64,000 nt of DNA from Candidatus Latescibacterota bacterium (GCA_965261395.1 OZ253462.1:4480001-4544000), one strand, 5' to 3'; positions 46,097-56,136 are shown, counted from the first letter of the stretch. Numbers and translations: made by a program. The notes: generated by a model from the letters alone, not told the origin.

Positions 46097-47116
46097 TTAG
46101 CCTGATTGCCCGACCTCATCGAGCGCCGCTAACAAATATTCGTTGTCTTGGGGACGCAGCGACGTCAGCCGCACAAAGCCGGGCGCGTCTTGCCGCCAGC
46201 GGGCGCGTATCCGCCGCTTTTCCAAACCCGCCCGCAGCCGCTCCGGGCTGCTCTCCTCGCAGCGCACCCAAAAGAAATTCGCCGCGCTCGGATAGGCCCG
46301 CAACCACGGACGCTCGTTCAGCCCCTCGTAGAGCGCCTGACAATCGCTGCGGATCTGAGCGACGATCTGGTGCAAATAGCTCTGATCGGCCAGCGCCGCC
46401 CGCGCCGCCACCAGCGACAGCGCATTAACCGCCCAAGGAACCTGCATCTGACTCAGGGCGGCGATAATGGGTTTCGGCCCAATGGCGTAGCCGACCCGCA
46501 AACCGGCCATGCCGTATGCCTTGGAAAAGGTCCGCAGCACCACCAAATTTGCTCGCTCCCGCACCCAAGGCACGCAGCTATGCCCGGCATAGTCTGCATA
46601 CGCTTCATCGACGATGCACAAGCAGTCGGGCAACTCGTCGAGCAAACGCGCCATTTCCCGCTCGCCGCAAAGGAGGTTGCCGGTGGGGTTGTTGGGGCTG
46701 CTCAGGAGCAACACCCGCGCCCCCGACTGCCGACCTGCCTCAATGAAACGCTCGGGCACCAGCGCAAAGTCCTCCTCGTGTAGCGGCACTGGGATCACTT
46801 CGGCTGCGCACCGCTGCCCCAATGCGACAAAGCGCTCGTACGACGGAGACGGGATGAGCAGGCGCTGCCGCTCTAGCAGCAACCGCGCCAAAAAAAGCCA
46901 GACCACAGCTTCCCCAGATCCGTTGTACACTATGAAGTGATCGGGCGAAAGCCCCCAATGCGCCGCCAAGTCCCCGCGCAACGACTCGGCGCGCTCCTCG
47001 TCGTCGTAGCGACTAAAATCGCCGGTGCGGGCAAAGGCGGCCATTGCCTCCCGAACCTTGGGCGACGGTCCATACGGATTGGTCGCCGCGTCAAAACGCA
47101 ACCATTTATCGTTCAT
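46097..47116 (-). CDS. PLP aminotransferase class I/II (histidinol-phosphate aminotransferase-like)
   Basis: 'NPYGPS', 'SPNNPTG', 'VDEAY', 'RTFSKAYGMAGLRVGY'. Confidence 0.85.
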   Translation of the reverse strand: MNDKWLRFDAATNPYGPSPKVREAMAAFARTGDFSRYDDEERAESLRGDLAAHWGLSPDHFIVYNGSGEAVVWLFLARLLLERQRLLIPSPSYERFVALGQRCAAEVIPVPLHEEDFALVPERFIEAGRQSGARVLLLSSPNNPTGNLLCGEREMARLLDELPDCLCIVDEAYADYAGHSCVPWVRERANLVVLRTFSKAYGMAGLRVGYAIGPKPIIAALSQMQVPWAVNALSLVAARAALADQSYLHQIVAQIRSDCQALYEGLNERPWLRAYPSAANFFWVRCEESSPERLRAGLEKRRIRARWRQDAPGFVRLTSLRPQDNEYLLAALDEVGQSG

Positions 47117-47267
47117 AAGAAATCGTCCTTTAGTAGGAACCTCCTTACGCTATCCATAACGGACGCCAGCGGCAACCACGCCCCTTTTGCCTTATACTCT
47201 TCATCGCAATATGCGGCCTAAAGTATCGGCACAATCTGGGTCTAACCAGGGAATAGGGGCGAGTATT

Positions 47268-48551
47268 ATGCCTGCGACCAATGCCAAAAAACCGATCATC
47301 GCCTGGGCCTTGTACGACTGGGCCAACTCGGCTTTCGCCACCACGGTCATCGCCGCCTTCTTCCCGGTGTTTTTTAAGTCCTACTGGAGCGCTGGCAGCG
47401 ACGTCACCCAAAGCACCTTCCAACTCGGGCTGGCCAACTCGCTCAGCAGCCTGATCGTCGTGCTGCTAGCCCCCTTCTTGGGAGCTATTGCCGACCAAGG
47501 CGGCACCCGGCGCAAGTTCCTGTTTGCCTTCGCCTTCTTGGGAGTCCTCGCCACGGGGTGCCTCTACATGGTCGCCGAAGGCGCGTGGGAGCTGGCGGTT
47601 GTGGTCTATGTCTTGGCCGCCATCGGCTTCTCCGGTGGCAATGCCTTTTACGATGCGCTCCTCGTGGAAGTGGCTGGGCGCGACAAGTCGGACTCGATCT
47701 CGGCGTTCGGATACAGCCTCGGCTATCTGGGCGGCGGCTTGCTGTTTGCGCTCAATGTGGCGATGGTCCTGTACCCCACGACCTTTGGGTTGGCCGATGC
47801 CAGCGAGGCAGTGCGCGTGTGCTTTTTGCTAGTCGCCATCTGGTGGGCAGGCTTTTCGCTGCCGCTCTTTTTGTGGGTCGAGGAATCGCCGCCCGTGCGC
47901 GCTCATCGCGGCTGGAGCGCAATTTCAGCCGGCTATCGGCAGCTCATCTCGACCAGCCGTGACATTCGACAGCTACGCACCACCTTTATCTTCCTCATCG
48001 GCTATTGGCTGTACATCGACGGCGTCGATACCATCATCCGCATGGCCATCGACTACGGCCTGTCGCTGGGCCTTGCCACCGACGACCTGCTGATCGCCTT
48101 GGGCATTACCCAGTTCGTGGGCTTCCCCGCGGCTATTGCCTTTGGCTTGCTCGGCGAGCGGATCGGCACCCGCAAGGGGATTTTCATCGGCCTAGCCGTC
48201 TATATTGCGGCAACGGTCTGGGGCTACTTTTTAGATGCCGTCTGGGAATTTTACGCCTTGGCCATAGCCGTTGGCCTAGTCCAAGGCGGGGTGCAAGCCC
48301 TGAGCCGCTCACTCTACTCAAGGATCATTCCCCGCGACCGCGCGGCGGAGTTTTTTGGCTTTTACAACATGCTAGGCAAATTCGCCGCGGTCATCGGCCC
48401 GGTGCTCGTCGGTTGGATTGGAGTGCTGACCGGCAACCCGCGCTTGGGGATTTTGTCGATCATCATCCTCTTCGTCGCGGGCGGAGCCTGCCTCTACTTC
48501 GTCGATGAGGAGCGAGGCACGGCCGCAGCGCGTGCCATTGAGACCGCTTAG
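47268..48551 (+). CDS. MFS transporter (UMF1/ATG22-like)
   Basis: 'WALYDWANSAF', 'GYLGGG', 'QALSRS', 'EFFGFY..GKF'. Confidence 0.88.
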   Translation: MPATNAKKPIIAWALYDWANSAFATTVIAAFFPVFFKSYWSAGSDVTQSTFQLGLANSLSSLIVVLLAPFLGAIADQGGTRRKFLFAFAFLGVLATGCLYMVAEGAWELAVVVYVLAAIGFSGGNAFYDALLVEVAGRDKSDSISAFGYSLGYLGGGLLFALNVAMVLYPTTFGLADASEAVRVCFLLVAIWWAGFSLPLFLWVEESPPVRAHRGWSAISAGYRQLISTSRDIRQLRTTFIFLIGYWLYIDGVDTIIRMAIDYGLSLGLATDDLLIALGITQFVGFPAAIAFGLLGERIGTRKGIFIGLAVYIAATVWGYFLDAVWEFYALAIAVGLVQGGVQALSRSLYSRIIPRDRAAEFFGFYNMLGKFAAVIGPVLVGWIGVLTGNPRLGILSIIILFVAGGACLYFVDEERGTAAARAIETA

Positions 48552-49702
48552 CAAAACGCCTGCGCCGTCAGCGCATACACCTTCGCCACCCGCACCAACT
48601 CGGCCACCGACACCTGCTCGTCGGTCGTATGCGCCCCCGTGGCGCAAGGACCGTGAGTTAGGGCCTCAATTCCGGCCGCCATAAAGACATTGCCGTCGTC
48701 GATAAAGGGCTTACCGCCCAAGCGCAACGGTGCTCCGGTTGTCTGTTCGTACGCCGACTGGAACGCGCCCACCAGCGGGCTACCCTGATCGACCGCAAAG
48801 GCATCGCCGGGCATGTTCCAATCCGCGAGCCGGATGCGGGTGCCGCTGGCCGCAGCCACATCGGCGAGCAGGGCTTCCATTTCACGGCGCGCCGCCGGCC
48901 CCGCTCCAGCCACCACCCAGCGACGAGTCCCTTCAATGCGGCATTGGACCGGCACTTGGTTGTAGAGCTGTCCGCCTTCGATTCGGCCGATAAACAGCGT
49001 GTCGCTGCCGACATAGGGCGCGGTTTGATCGCGCAGATGCTCGTTCAGCGCGTTCAGCCGCAAAACCACCTCGGCTCCAGCCGCGATCACGTCCGGCAGC
49101 CCGGCGGGCCGCAGTACCTCGTGTACTGGCTCGCCGTCGCGCTCGATCTCCACGCTAAACACGGCCATCCCGCGCCCGGCGACCGGCAGCGCATCGCCCA
49201 AGTACTCCGGCAGCAGCACTCCGTCGCCGACAAAGCCTTCGCGGATCAAGGCCAAAAGCTGGCGGCGGTCGCCCCAAGGCGCTTCGTGATGATCGTGGGC
49301 CGTAAGTAAGACTGCTCCTTTGGTCAGTGCGCCCGTATCCCTTAACGCCCTGAGTGCCTCGACGAAGGCGGCGATTCCCCCCTTCATGTCGGACGCCCCC
49401 GACCCATAGAGTTGGCCATCCTCCACCTTGGGCGGCACAAAGGGCAAATGCACCGTGTCCAAGTGCCCATCGAATTGCAACACCCGCCCAGGTTGCCCGC
49501 TATCGAAACGAGCGACCACCGCCGGTGCTTGCGGCCAATCGGCTTGGGGCCGCTCCACGGCAAAGCCCTCCGCAGCCAATATCGACGCCAACGCATCCGC
49601 TGCCGTGCCGGCATCCAGCGTCGGGCTGGGCACCGCAATCAGCGCCTTGGCCGTATCAATGAGGCGTTGCTCATTGACGGCCTGTAGTATGTTGTCTTCC
49701 AT
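48548..49702 (-). CDS. M20 metallopeptidase (ArgE/DapE-like)
   Basis: 'GHLDTV', 'GSGASDMKGG', 'AHTTDE'. Confidence 0.85.
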   Translation of the reverse strand: MEDNILQAVNEQRLIDTAKALIAVPSPTLDAGTAADALASILAAEGFAVERPQADWPQAPAVVARFDSGQPGRVLQFDGHLDTVHLPFVPPKVEDGQLYGSGASDMKGGIAAFVEALRALRDTGALTKGAVLLTAHDHHEAPWGDRRQLLALIREGFVGDGVLLPEYLGDALPVAGRGMAVFSVEIERDGEPVHEVLRPAGLPDVIAAGAEVVLRLNALNEHLRDQTAPYVGSDTLFIGRIEGGQLYNQVPVQCRIEGTRRWVVAGAGPAARREMEALLADVAAASGTRIRLADWNMPGDAFAVDQGSPLVGAFQSAYEQTTGAPLRLGGKPFIDDGNVFMAAGIEALTHGPCATGAHTTDEQVSVAELVRVAKVYALTAQAFC

Positions 49703-49715
49703 CCTTGGCACTCCT

Positions 49716-49931
49716 TTATCCGCCTTGAGACTTCGTTGTATCGACATCGGCCACTCCGCGCGGACAGAGCAGCCCGCGCTCCCAGGGCTGGCCGCTACAC
49801 GATTCCCCAAGCTCTTCCAGCCGCTGCTCCTCGGTTCGCTCCCACGGATCCTTGGGCAGATCGGCCGGCCCTTGGGGATTATCCAGTCCGCAACCGACCA
49901 ACGCCATGCAGAGCATCCACTTTCTCGCCAT
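49716..49931 (-). CDS. Small hypothetical lipoprotein (71 aa)
   Basis: GGAGG upstream of ATG 49931; MARKWMLCMALVG-C lipobox. Confidence 0.45.
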   Translation of the reverse strand: MARKWMLCMALVGCGLDNPQGPADLPKDPWERTEEQRLEELGESCSGQPWERGLLCPRGVADVDTTKSQGG

Positions 49932-49998
49932 ATTGGCCTCCATTGCCCGCCTCTGACAATCTCCGTACTTTGGCCCCAACCCGCAAAGGAGCAGACCT

Positions 49999-51546
49999 AT
50001 GTCCAACCCCGCTGACTACGGCATCATCTACAACTGGGACGGCGCGCCGCACGGCTACTCGCCCGTCCCCCAGTCCATGGACGATTTTCTCGACAAGACG
50101 TACGCCCCCCTTGAAGACACCCAAGTCGGTGCCCTGTTCTGGTGCGTGGGTGAACACGCCACCCGCTGGCCAAGCGACGCGCTCGAACTCCTCGGCGACA
50201 CTCACCAGCGCCGCTATGAGAACGCCGCTAGCTACACGCACACCGAAAACATCCGCCGCATGTTGGAGCGGGGCGAAGATCCCCAACAGGCCGTCATCGA
50301 CCGCGGCCACGAGTTAAACCTCCATGTCTATGCCTCGCTGCGCATGAACGACAATCACTTCAACGGCGCCCAGCTAAGCGACCTCCAGACCCTGCACCAC
50401 GTCGAACTGACCCAACTGCGCAAGGACCACCCCGAATGGCTGCTCGGCGAGGATACCGAGGAGTGGTTTGCCCTGTCGTGGAATATGGCCATCCCCCAAG
50501 TGCGCGAGAATCGCTTCCAACACTTGCGCGAAGTCTGCCAAAACTACCCCTGGGACGGCGTCGAACTCGACTGGCAACGCCACCCCTTCCACTTCCCCGC
50601 CGACTATGCCTATCGCCTGCGCTACGTCCTCACCGACTTCATGCGAGCAGCGCGGCAACTGACCGACGAACTAGCCCAACAGCGCGGCCGGCCCTTTTAC
50701 CTAGCGGCTCGCGTCGCTGGCTCCATCGAGGGCTGTCACCGCATTGGCTACGACGTGGAGACTTGGGTGAAGGAAAACCTCGTCGATATCCTGCTCCCGG
50801 CTGGTGCCGCCGCTACCGACCCAGCCATTGAAGTCAGCGCCTTCCGCGCCCTCTGCGCCGACCGCGACATCGCCCTCTACCCAGGGTTCGATGGTGGCGT
50901 CCCCGGTCCGGCCGCCGGTCCCGAAGGCGAATCGGCCCGCCACAACATGCGCACCAAAGCCACGGCCATGCAGTATCACGGCCAAGGCGCGACCGGTATA
51001 TACGCCTTCAACTGGCACGCCGACCGCGATTCAAGACGCGAGTTGCTAACCCAAGTGGGCGCGGTGCAGACCTTGCGCCGCCAAGACAAGCTCTACAGCG
51101 CGACCCACCGCTTCCGCCAACACACCGGGGAGTGGCGCGGTGCGTACCAGCACGACCGGCTGCGTGGCACTCTACCTGTCCCTCTCTATCCGACCTTGCA
51201 AGAGACCGGTCCTCACTTCGACCTCGACCTCGCCGACGACCTGAGCGCAGATTCACCGGCGACCATTACCCTGCGTCTGCGTCTGCAAGAATGGGTCGCT
51301 GGCGACCAGATTCGCTGCTCTTGGGACGGCGAGGTCTTGGCCGACCCGGATATCAGCTATTGCCACGGCGGCGACCCCCAACCTATCTCCGATGTCAGCA
51401 CCGCCGCTTGGCACAGCTTCGCGCTCACTGCTGACCAAGCCGCCCGCGGCACCCATCGCTTAGAAGTCGTCCTCTTGCAACGCCACCCCCAACTTGCCTG
51501 CGACTTGTTACTAACCGACGTCGAGGTATTAGTCCTCTTTGGCTAA
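49999..51546 (+). CDS. GH10-like (GHL10-type) TIM-barrel protein with C-terminal beta domain
   Basis: AAGGAG RBS; 'YNWDG', 'SLRMNDNH', 'HPEW', 'DGVELDW.R'. Confidence 0.7.
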   Translation: MSNPADYGIIYNWDGAPHGYSPVPQSMDDFLDKTYAPLEDTQVGALFWCVGEHATRWPSDALELLGDTHQRRYENAASYTHTENIRRMLERGEDPQQAVIDRGHELNLHVYASLRMNDNHFNGAQLSDLQTLHHVELTQLRKDHPEWLLGEDTEEWFALSWNMAIPQVRENRFQHLREVCQNYPWDGVELDWQRHPFHFPADYAYRLRYVLTDFMRAARQLTDELAQQRGRPFYLAARVAGSIEGCHRIGYDVETWVKENLVDILLPAGAAATDPAIEVSAFRALCADRDIALYPGFDGGVPGPAAGPEGESARHNMRTKATAMQYHGQGATGIYAFNWHADRDSRRELLTQVGAVQTLRRQDKLYSATHRFRQHTGEWRGAYQHDRLRGTLPVPLYPTLQETGPHFDLDLADDLSADSPATITLRLRLQEWVAGDQIRCSWDGEVLADPDISYCHGGDPQPISDVSTAAWHSFALTADQAARGTHRLEVVLLQRHPQLACDLLLTDVEVLVLFG

Positions 51547-53621
51547 CGCCCGTAGCGCAGGCCAAAGAAAAAACCCGGCCACGCGAAAAGCCCGTCTTCC
51601 CACTCCTTCTCGTAGCGGCTACCCGACTCAATCAGCCGCAGTTGGCCATGGGTCCACAACTGGTTTAGGGAGACGCCGCCAAACAGCGACAGACGACCGC
51701 GCCAAGAGATTTCCTCGGCAAGGACCACTCCCGTCTCAAGTTTGATCCGCGCCAGATAGTTGCCTCGGGCCAAGCTATCCAAACCAAAGGCCACTGCGGG
51801 CGGCCAAAATCTAATGCCCGCTTTGTAATCGTCATAGAGAGTGCGGCTGATTCGGTAGCTGTGTACATCGAGGCCGAGGAAAAACCACTCCCCGCGCTTC
51901 TGTACCCCACCTCCTACGCCCAGCGCCCAGCGCCGCTGGCCGTCTTGGTCGGCAAAGCCAGTGGTAAACGCGGTGTAAAACGAGCGGCTGCCCGAGGCGA
52001 GGGTGAACATGGTAAAGCCGACTTCGTCGCGCCAAGTGCTGAGGTTGAAAAGCCCGCTGCGCGAGTAATTGATCAACCCGATGGGCAGGCCGCCCTCAAT
52101 GTGGCCGGAAAGGTTGACCAAGCCCATCTGCCAGCCCTTGACCTCGCTCGCCATGTTCAATAATCCGACCTGACCGCCCTTGACCTCGCCGACGAAATTG
52201 GTAACTCCGGCCACTTGCCAACCGCGGATTTTGCCGACGATGTTGATCGTTTGCGCCACCTGCCAGCCGCGTACCTGCGAGGCGATGTTGATCAAGCCTA
52301 CCTGACCACCCTGCAAAGGCCCCAACGCCCAGTTGACGCCTAGGACGGCTGCCTGCCAGCCATCGACCTCTTTGAGCGCCAAGTTGCCCAACCCGCTGAT
52401 CTGATTGCCGGTCCGCTCGCGCGCTTGGTTGACCAGCCAAGCGAACTGGACGCCGCGGAACGCCTCGTCCTGCGTATTGGTCAACAGCCCCAGCGACAAG
52501 GTGTAGCCCTCGCGGGTGGCGACCTCGATCTGGCGTCCCAAGGTAATCCTCCGCCCCGAGCCGCCGCGCAGCTTAGTGTCCTCTGGGGTCAAGACGCGAA
52601 AGTCTCCGCTACTCACAGTGGCGAACTCCCCTTCGGCCAGGGCCAATTCGGCCAAGCGCCAGCCCGAGTCCCACGTTTCCAAAAACAGAGTATAATCCCC
52701 CGGCACCAATCCCAGCTCGACCGACCGCCCGGGGGATTTGTTCAGTTCGGCGACTAGGCGCTGCTGGGCATTGCGGATAGAGATCCGGCCGGCGAGGGAC
52801 TCGTCCATCGACAGGCCTGCTGCGTTGCGGCGCACCTCGGTCATCACCACGCCGCCGGTGCCGCGCATCTGGCCCTCATAGGCTGGGTGCTGAGTACCCC
52901 CCGCAGTGCCAAGAGTCCGCGCCCGCGTCTCGTCAAAGGCGAACTGGTACGCCTCGTGGAGAGTCACCCGGCCATCGCCGGTAACGTCGGCCGCGCCGCG
53001 CATCCCGGAAACTAGATAGTGGGTAAAAAAGGACGCCTTGATCAGATCTGACTCCTGCGCCGCTTCGTCGGCTGAACTCGACGTGAGGAAGGCGTAGCCC
53101 CGCATGTCAAAGGATTCATCGACCAAAAAGGGCGGCTTAGGCTTGCCGCCCTTGATGCGGGTTATGCTCCCGGAATTGCAAGCGTCGAGGACGGCGATGC
53201 GGACGGTGGCGTTGGCCGTCTTCAGCGAATCGAGCAACTGCTGGTAGCCGAGGTGATCGCCGGCCAACAGCAGGCCCTCTTCGTCGGCGTGGCCCGAGTA
53301 GTACAGCAGCACCTCCAGCCGGTCCCCCCGCCGGCTGGCTGCCTTTACCCGCCGACCCAGATCGGCCAGCCCTTTCTCGAAGGCCGTCAAGTCGGGATCG
53401 CGCAACAGCAACACATCAGCCGGGTCCAGTCCCCCCATCTCCTGCAACACCTCGACGAACTGTTCCGCGTCCGAGACCGCGTAGCGCAGCAGTTCGCGAT
53501 CTACCCCGCCATTGTTGGCCCCCGCAGCCAAGATCAATCGACGCACCTCGGCCTCCACCGGCTGGGATAGACCCGCCGCAGCGACAACGACCAACAAGGC
53601 GCGCACCAAAGACATGGGCAC
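51543..53621 (-). CDS. Secreted caspase-like protease (peptidase C14) with C-terminal G-x-Q-x-G/A-x-x-N repeats
   Basis: Signal peptide; 'LRYAVSDA', His 'YYSGHA', Cys 'LDACNSG', 'AQESD...SFFTH', 'QHP'. Confidence 0.85.
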   Translation of the reverse strand: MPMSLVRALLVVVAAAGLSQPVEAEVRRLILAAGANNGGVDRELLRYAVSDAEQFVEVLQEMGGLDPADVLLLRDPDLTAFEKGLADLGRRVKAASRRGDRLEVLLYYSGHADEEGLLLAGDHLGYQQLLDSLKTANATVRIAVLDACNSGSITRIKGGKPKPPFLVDESFDMRGYAFLTSSSADEAAQESDLIKASFFTHYLVSGMRGAADVTGDGRVTLHEAYQFAFDETRARTLGTAGGTQHPAYEGQMRGTGGVVMTEVRRNAAGLSMDESLAGRISIRNAQQRLVAELNKSPGRSVELGLVPGDYTLFLETWDSGWRLAELALAEGEFATVSSGDFRVLTPEDTKLRGGSGRRITLGRQIEVATREGYTLSLGLLTNTQDEAFRGVQFAWLVNQARERTGNQISGLGNLALKEVDGWQAAVLGVNWALGPLQGGQVGLINIASQVRGWQVAQTINIVGKIRGWQVAGVTNFVGEVKGGQVGLLNMASEVKGWQMGLVNLSGHIEGGLPIGLINYSRSGLFNLSTWRDEVGFTMFTLASGSRSFYTAFTTGFADQDGQRRWALGVGGGVQKRGEWFFLGLDVHSYRISRTLYDDYKAGIRFWPPAVAFGLDSLARGNYLARIKLETGVVLAEEISWRGRLSLFGGVSLNQLWTHGQLRLIESGSRYEKEWEDGLFAWPGFFFGLRYGR

Positions 53622-53630
53622 AACTCCTCA

Positions 53631-53660
53631 GATAGGGCGAACACAAGGGTCGCCCCTATC
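53631..53660. repeat. REP-like palindrome
   Basis: GATAGGGCGA-ACACAAGGG-TCGCCCCTATC hairpin in intergenic gap; minus strand TAGGGGCGACCCTTGTGTTCGCCC. Confidence 0.55.
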
Positions 53661-53673
53661 GCTTAGGACGGGG

Positions 53674-54435
53674 CTAGGGGCCCCCAGGTTTCTTTACGGT
53701 AAATCGGTGCAGGCGGACATCATCACCCAACGCCACATCGCCAGCGGCCAGCTTGGCCTTGACTGCCGCCAAGCCAAAGCGACGGTCGGCCGCCACCAAG
53801 TAAAACCGCTCCCACCGCGGCGCATCGTCTAGTTCGTAGGCAACGTCGAGGGTATCTTGCGCCGCCAGCGCCACGGCCTCTGCTCCAGTCGCGGGTAGGT
53901 GCTGCGTTACGGCACCGCGCCCATCGACGGACAGAATTGCCCCGTACTGCAAGCCACCGGAGCGGTAGGCGAGCTGCACCAAGTCCCCGCTTTGGGCCAC
54001 GGCCCCGTCCTGTAGGCGCTCCGCACCGCTGGCCAGCTTGCGGAAGACCAGCAAACGCGGGCCCTGCTCGCCGCCCTTGACCCGCAGGGCAGGTGCTTCC
54101 GGGGTTTCTTGGTCAAAGAGAGTGGGCACCGCCACCACCGCCAGGATCAGGGCCACGGCCGGCACGGCCCAAAGGCGATACCCACTCCACGTTCGTTGGA
54201 CGCGCCGGCCCTGCGCCCGCTTGAGTTTTAGCTCGATCTGGCCGCGCATCCATTCGGGTGGATAGCGCTGATGCAATTCCTCGTTGGAGCGCTCTAGGGC
54301 TGCTAGCCGCTGCGCGAGCGCTGGATCGGCTGCCAACCGGCGGTCCAAAGCCGCCAACTCGTCGTCGGTACCCTCGCGCAGCAGGTAGCACTCTAGCTGG
54401 TAGTCGCTTATGGGGCGCTCGTCTTGCTGGTTCAT
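53674..54435 (-). CDS. Putative anti-sigma factor (ActD-like; TM + DUF4384-like domain)
   Basis: 'ISDYQLECYLL.E', single TM, 'RVKG', 'GD.VQL.Y', 'LSVDGRG.VT.H.P', 'YELDDAP..ERF'. Confidence 0.7.
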   Translation of the reverse strand: MNQQDERPISDYQLECYLLREGTDDELAALDRRLAADPALAQRLAALERSNEELHQRYPPEWMRGQIELKLKRAQGRRVQRTWSGYRLWAVPAVALILAVVAVPTLFDQETPEAPALRVKGGEQGPRLLVFRKLASGAERLQDGAVAQSGDLVQLAYRSGGLQYGAILSVDGRGAVTQHLPATGAEAVALAAQDTLDVAYELDDAPRWERFYLVAADRRFGLAAVKAKLAAGDVALGDDVRLHRFTVKKPGGP

Positions 54436-54902
54436 GGTTTCTCCATCTCTTGCAGCGACGCTCGCAGGCCGAGCAACCGCTTACGCACACCGGATATGGA
54501 CATGCCCACTTCCCTAGCCACCTCCTCCAAGGTCATGCCGTCAACGTAGTACAAGACGGCCATCGTGCGCGTTGATTCAAGCTGTTGGCCAAAGAGCTTG
54601 GCCAGCGCGGCGCGAGCATCTATCTGGCCCTCGGCGTCCTCCAAGCAGGCTATCTGCTCCAACAGCGTCGAGTCGGCCGTGGTCTTCCGCCGCCGGGTAT
54701 CGCGGATGCGATTGAGGCAGAGGTTGGTGGCCATGCGATAGAGCAGACTGGAGGGCGCGTCGTCCCGCAGACGGTGCCGCGTCAACAGCCGCACAAACAC
54801 ATCCTGAGTGGCGTCGAGCGCCTGGTCTTCGTCGCGCAGAAGCTGCCGACAACGACGCATGACCATCGGCCCGTAGCGACGGTACAGTGTATCTACGTCC
54901 AT
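54432..54902 (-). CDS. ECF sigma-70 factor
   Basis: 'LYRRYGPMV.RRC', 'DATQDVF', 'LYRMATNLCLN..R', region-4 HTH. Confidence 0.9.
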   Translation of the reverse strand: MDVDTLYRRYGPMVMRRCRQLLRDEDQALDATQDVFVRLLTRHRLRDDAPSSLLYRMATNLCLNRIRDTRRRKTTADSTLLEQIACLEDAEGQIDARAALAKLFGQQLESTRTMAVLYYVDGMTLEEVAREVGMSISGVRKRLLGLRASLQEMEKP

Positions 54903-55021
54903 GTATTCCCTGGCGGTGTACTACTTAAACACCTATGGTGGCGCGGGTGTTACTTCTGCTACGACAAAAAATTAGACCCCTAATTACTCAAACTTACAAG
55001 ATGCTGCTCACGTCCGGCACC

Positions 55022-55060
55022 AAACAACAAGAGCCGACGGTCCATGGCCGCCGGCTCTTG
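55022..55060 (-). terminator. Rho-independent terminator after PhyH gene
   Basis: Imperfect stem CAAGAGCCGACGG/CCGCCGGCTCTTG followed by TTGTTT on minus strand. Confidence 0.55.
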
Positions 55061-55094
55061 CGATCCTTCTTAAAGAATCTCTCCAAATCAAGCG

Positions 55095-56102
55095 CTATTT
55101 TTCCTCGATGGCCGTGAGAAGTTTGGCAGCCCGCTGGCGCTTGTCGGGGTCCTTGTCGCGAGCGAGGATGCGCTGGAGAACTGAGACAGAGAGCGGATCG
55201 CCTTGCTCGCCTAGTGACAGGGCCTGGCGGTCGCGTTCCTCGTGATAGCTGTCGTCGTAGTCAGCCACGTCCAGTTCGTGCTCGCGCCAGTAGTATTGCA
55301 AGTGGTCGGCGGGCCACTCGGCGTAGATGGCCTCCCAGGTATTGGGCTGGCTGTGGGGCAGCAGGCTGCCCGGGGCAATGGGGTCGGCAACGCGCTGATA
55401 GCGAGCGTCGATGGACAGGCGCAGTTGTTCGCCGGTGTTGGGGACGCCGCGATGGGGCATCATGCTGTGGAAGAACAGCACGTCCCCTTGCGCGAAAGGG
55501 CCGCCGGTCCAAGCACCTTCAAGCGAGTCGGTAATCGCCAATCCCCCAGCGCCTAGGGCCGGCTGGAACTCATACACGCCCCCCCGATGCGCACCAGCAG
55601 CCACCTCCAGCCCACCCATAGTCGGCGGCAGACCGTGGAGCGGGAACCAAGCGGTATAGGTCTCCGCCGTGCCCTGAATGGGGATGAAGTCCTGATGCGG
55701 CGGCGTGGTAAAGGACTCGCGCTTGGGAAAGATGGTGCGGCCGATGAGGCGGGGGTGGGGCAACACCGGGCCGTCGAACACCTTTTCGAGTAGGCCGACG
55801 AGCGCGGGGTGATGCTGCAAGGCGTGGAATTGCGGCAGCGCGTACATCCGGCTATAGACATCCATATATTCGGGCGTCGGCTCGACGCAGAAGCCATCTT
55901 GGTTGGCAATGGCGTCCTCGAGCGGCGCGTCGGCCTTAACCCAGCCGGCGTCGTGGGCAATGGCCAAAAAGCTCAGCCTGAGCGCTTCGAGTTCGGCGGC
56001 GGGCAGCAAGCCACGGACAAAGAAATAGCCGTCGCGCTGCATGCGGGTGCGGAGCGCGGGTGGGTCGTCGATAAGGGGGGTCGAGTTGAGAAAAGTAGGC
56101 AT
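55095..56102 (-). CDS. Phytanoyl-CoA dioxygenase (PhyH) family protein
   Basis: 'RDGY', 'PHQD', 'TAWFPL', 'GDVLFFH...H...N', 'RLSIDAR'. Confidence 0.88.
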   Translation of the reverse strand: MPTFLNSTPLIDDPPALRTRMQRDGYFFVRGLLPAAELEALRLSFLAIAHDAGWVKADAPLEDAIANQDGFCVEPTPEYMDVYSRMYALPQFHALQHHPALVGLLEKVFDGPVLPHPRLIGRTIFPKRESFTTPPHQDFIPIQGTAETYTAWFPLHGLPPTMGGLEVAAGAHRGGVYEFQPALGAGGLAITDSLEGAWTGGPFAQGDVLFFHSMMPHRGVPNTGEQLRLSIDARYQRVADPIAPGSLLPHSQPNTWEAIYAEWPADHLQYYWREHELDVADYDDSYHEERDRQALSLGEQGDPLSVSVLQRILARDKDPDKRQRAAKLLTAIEEK

Positions 56103-56136
56103 AATGCAGGCTCCCAAAATTGAAAAGAATGCTAAC

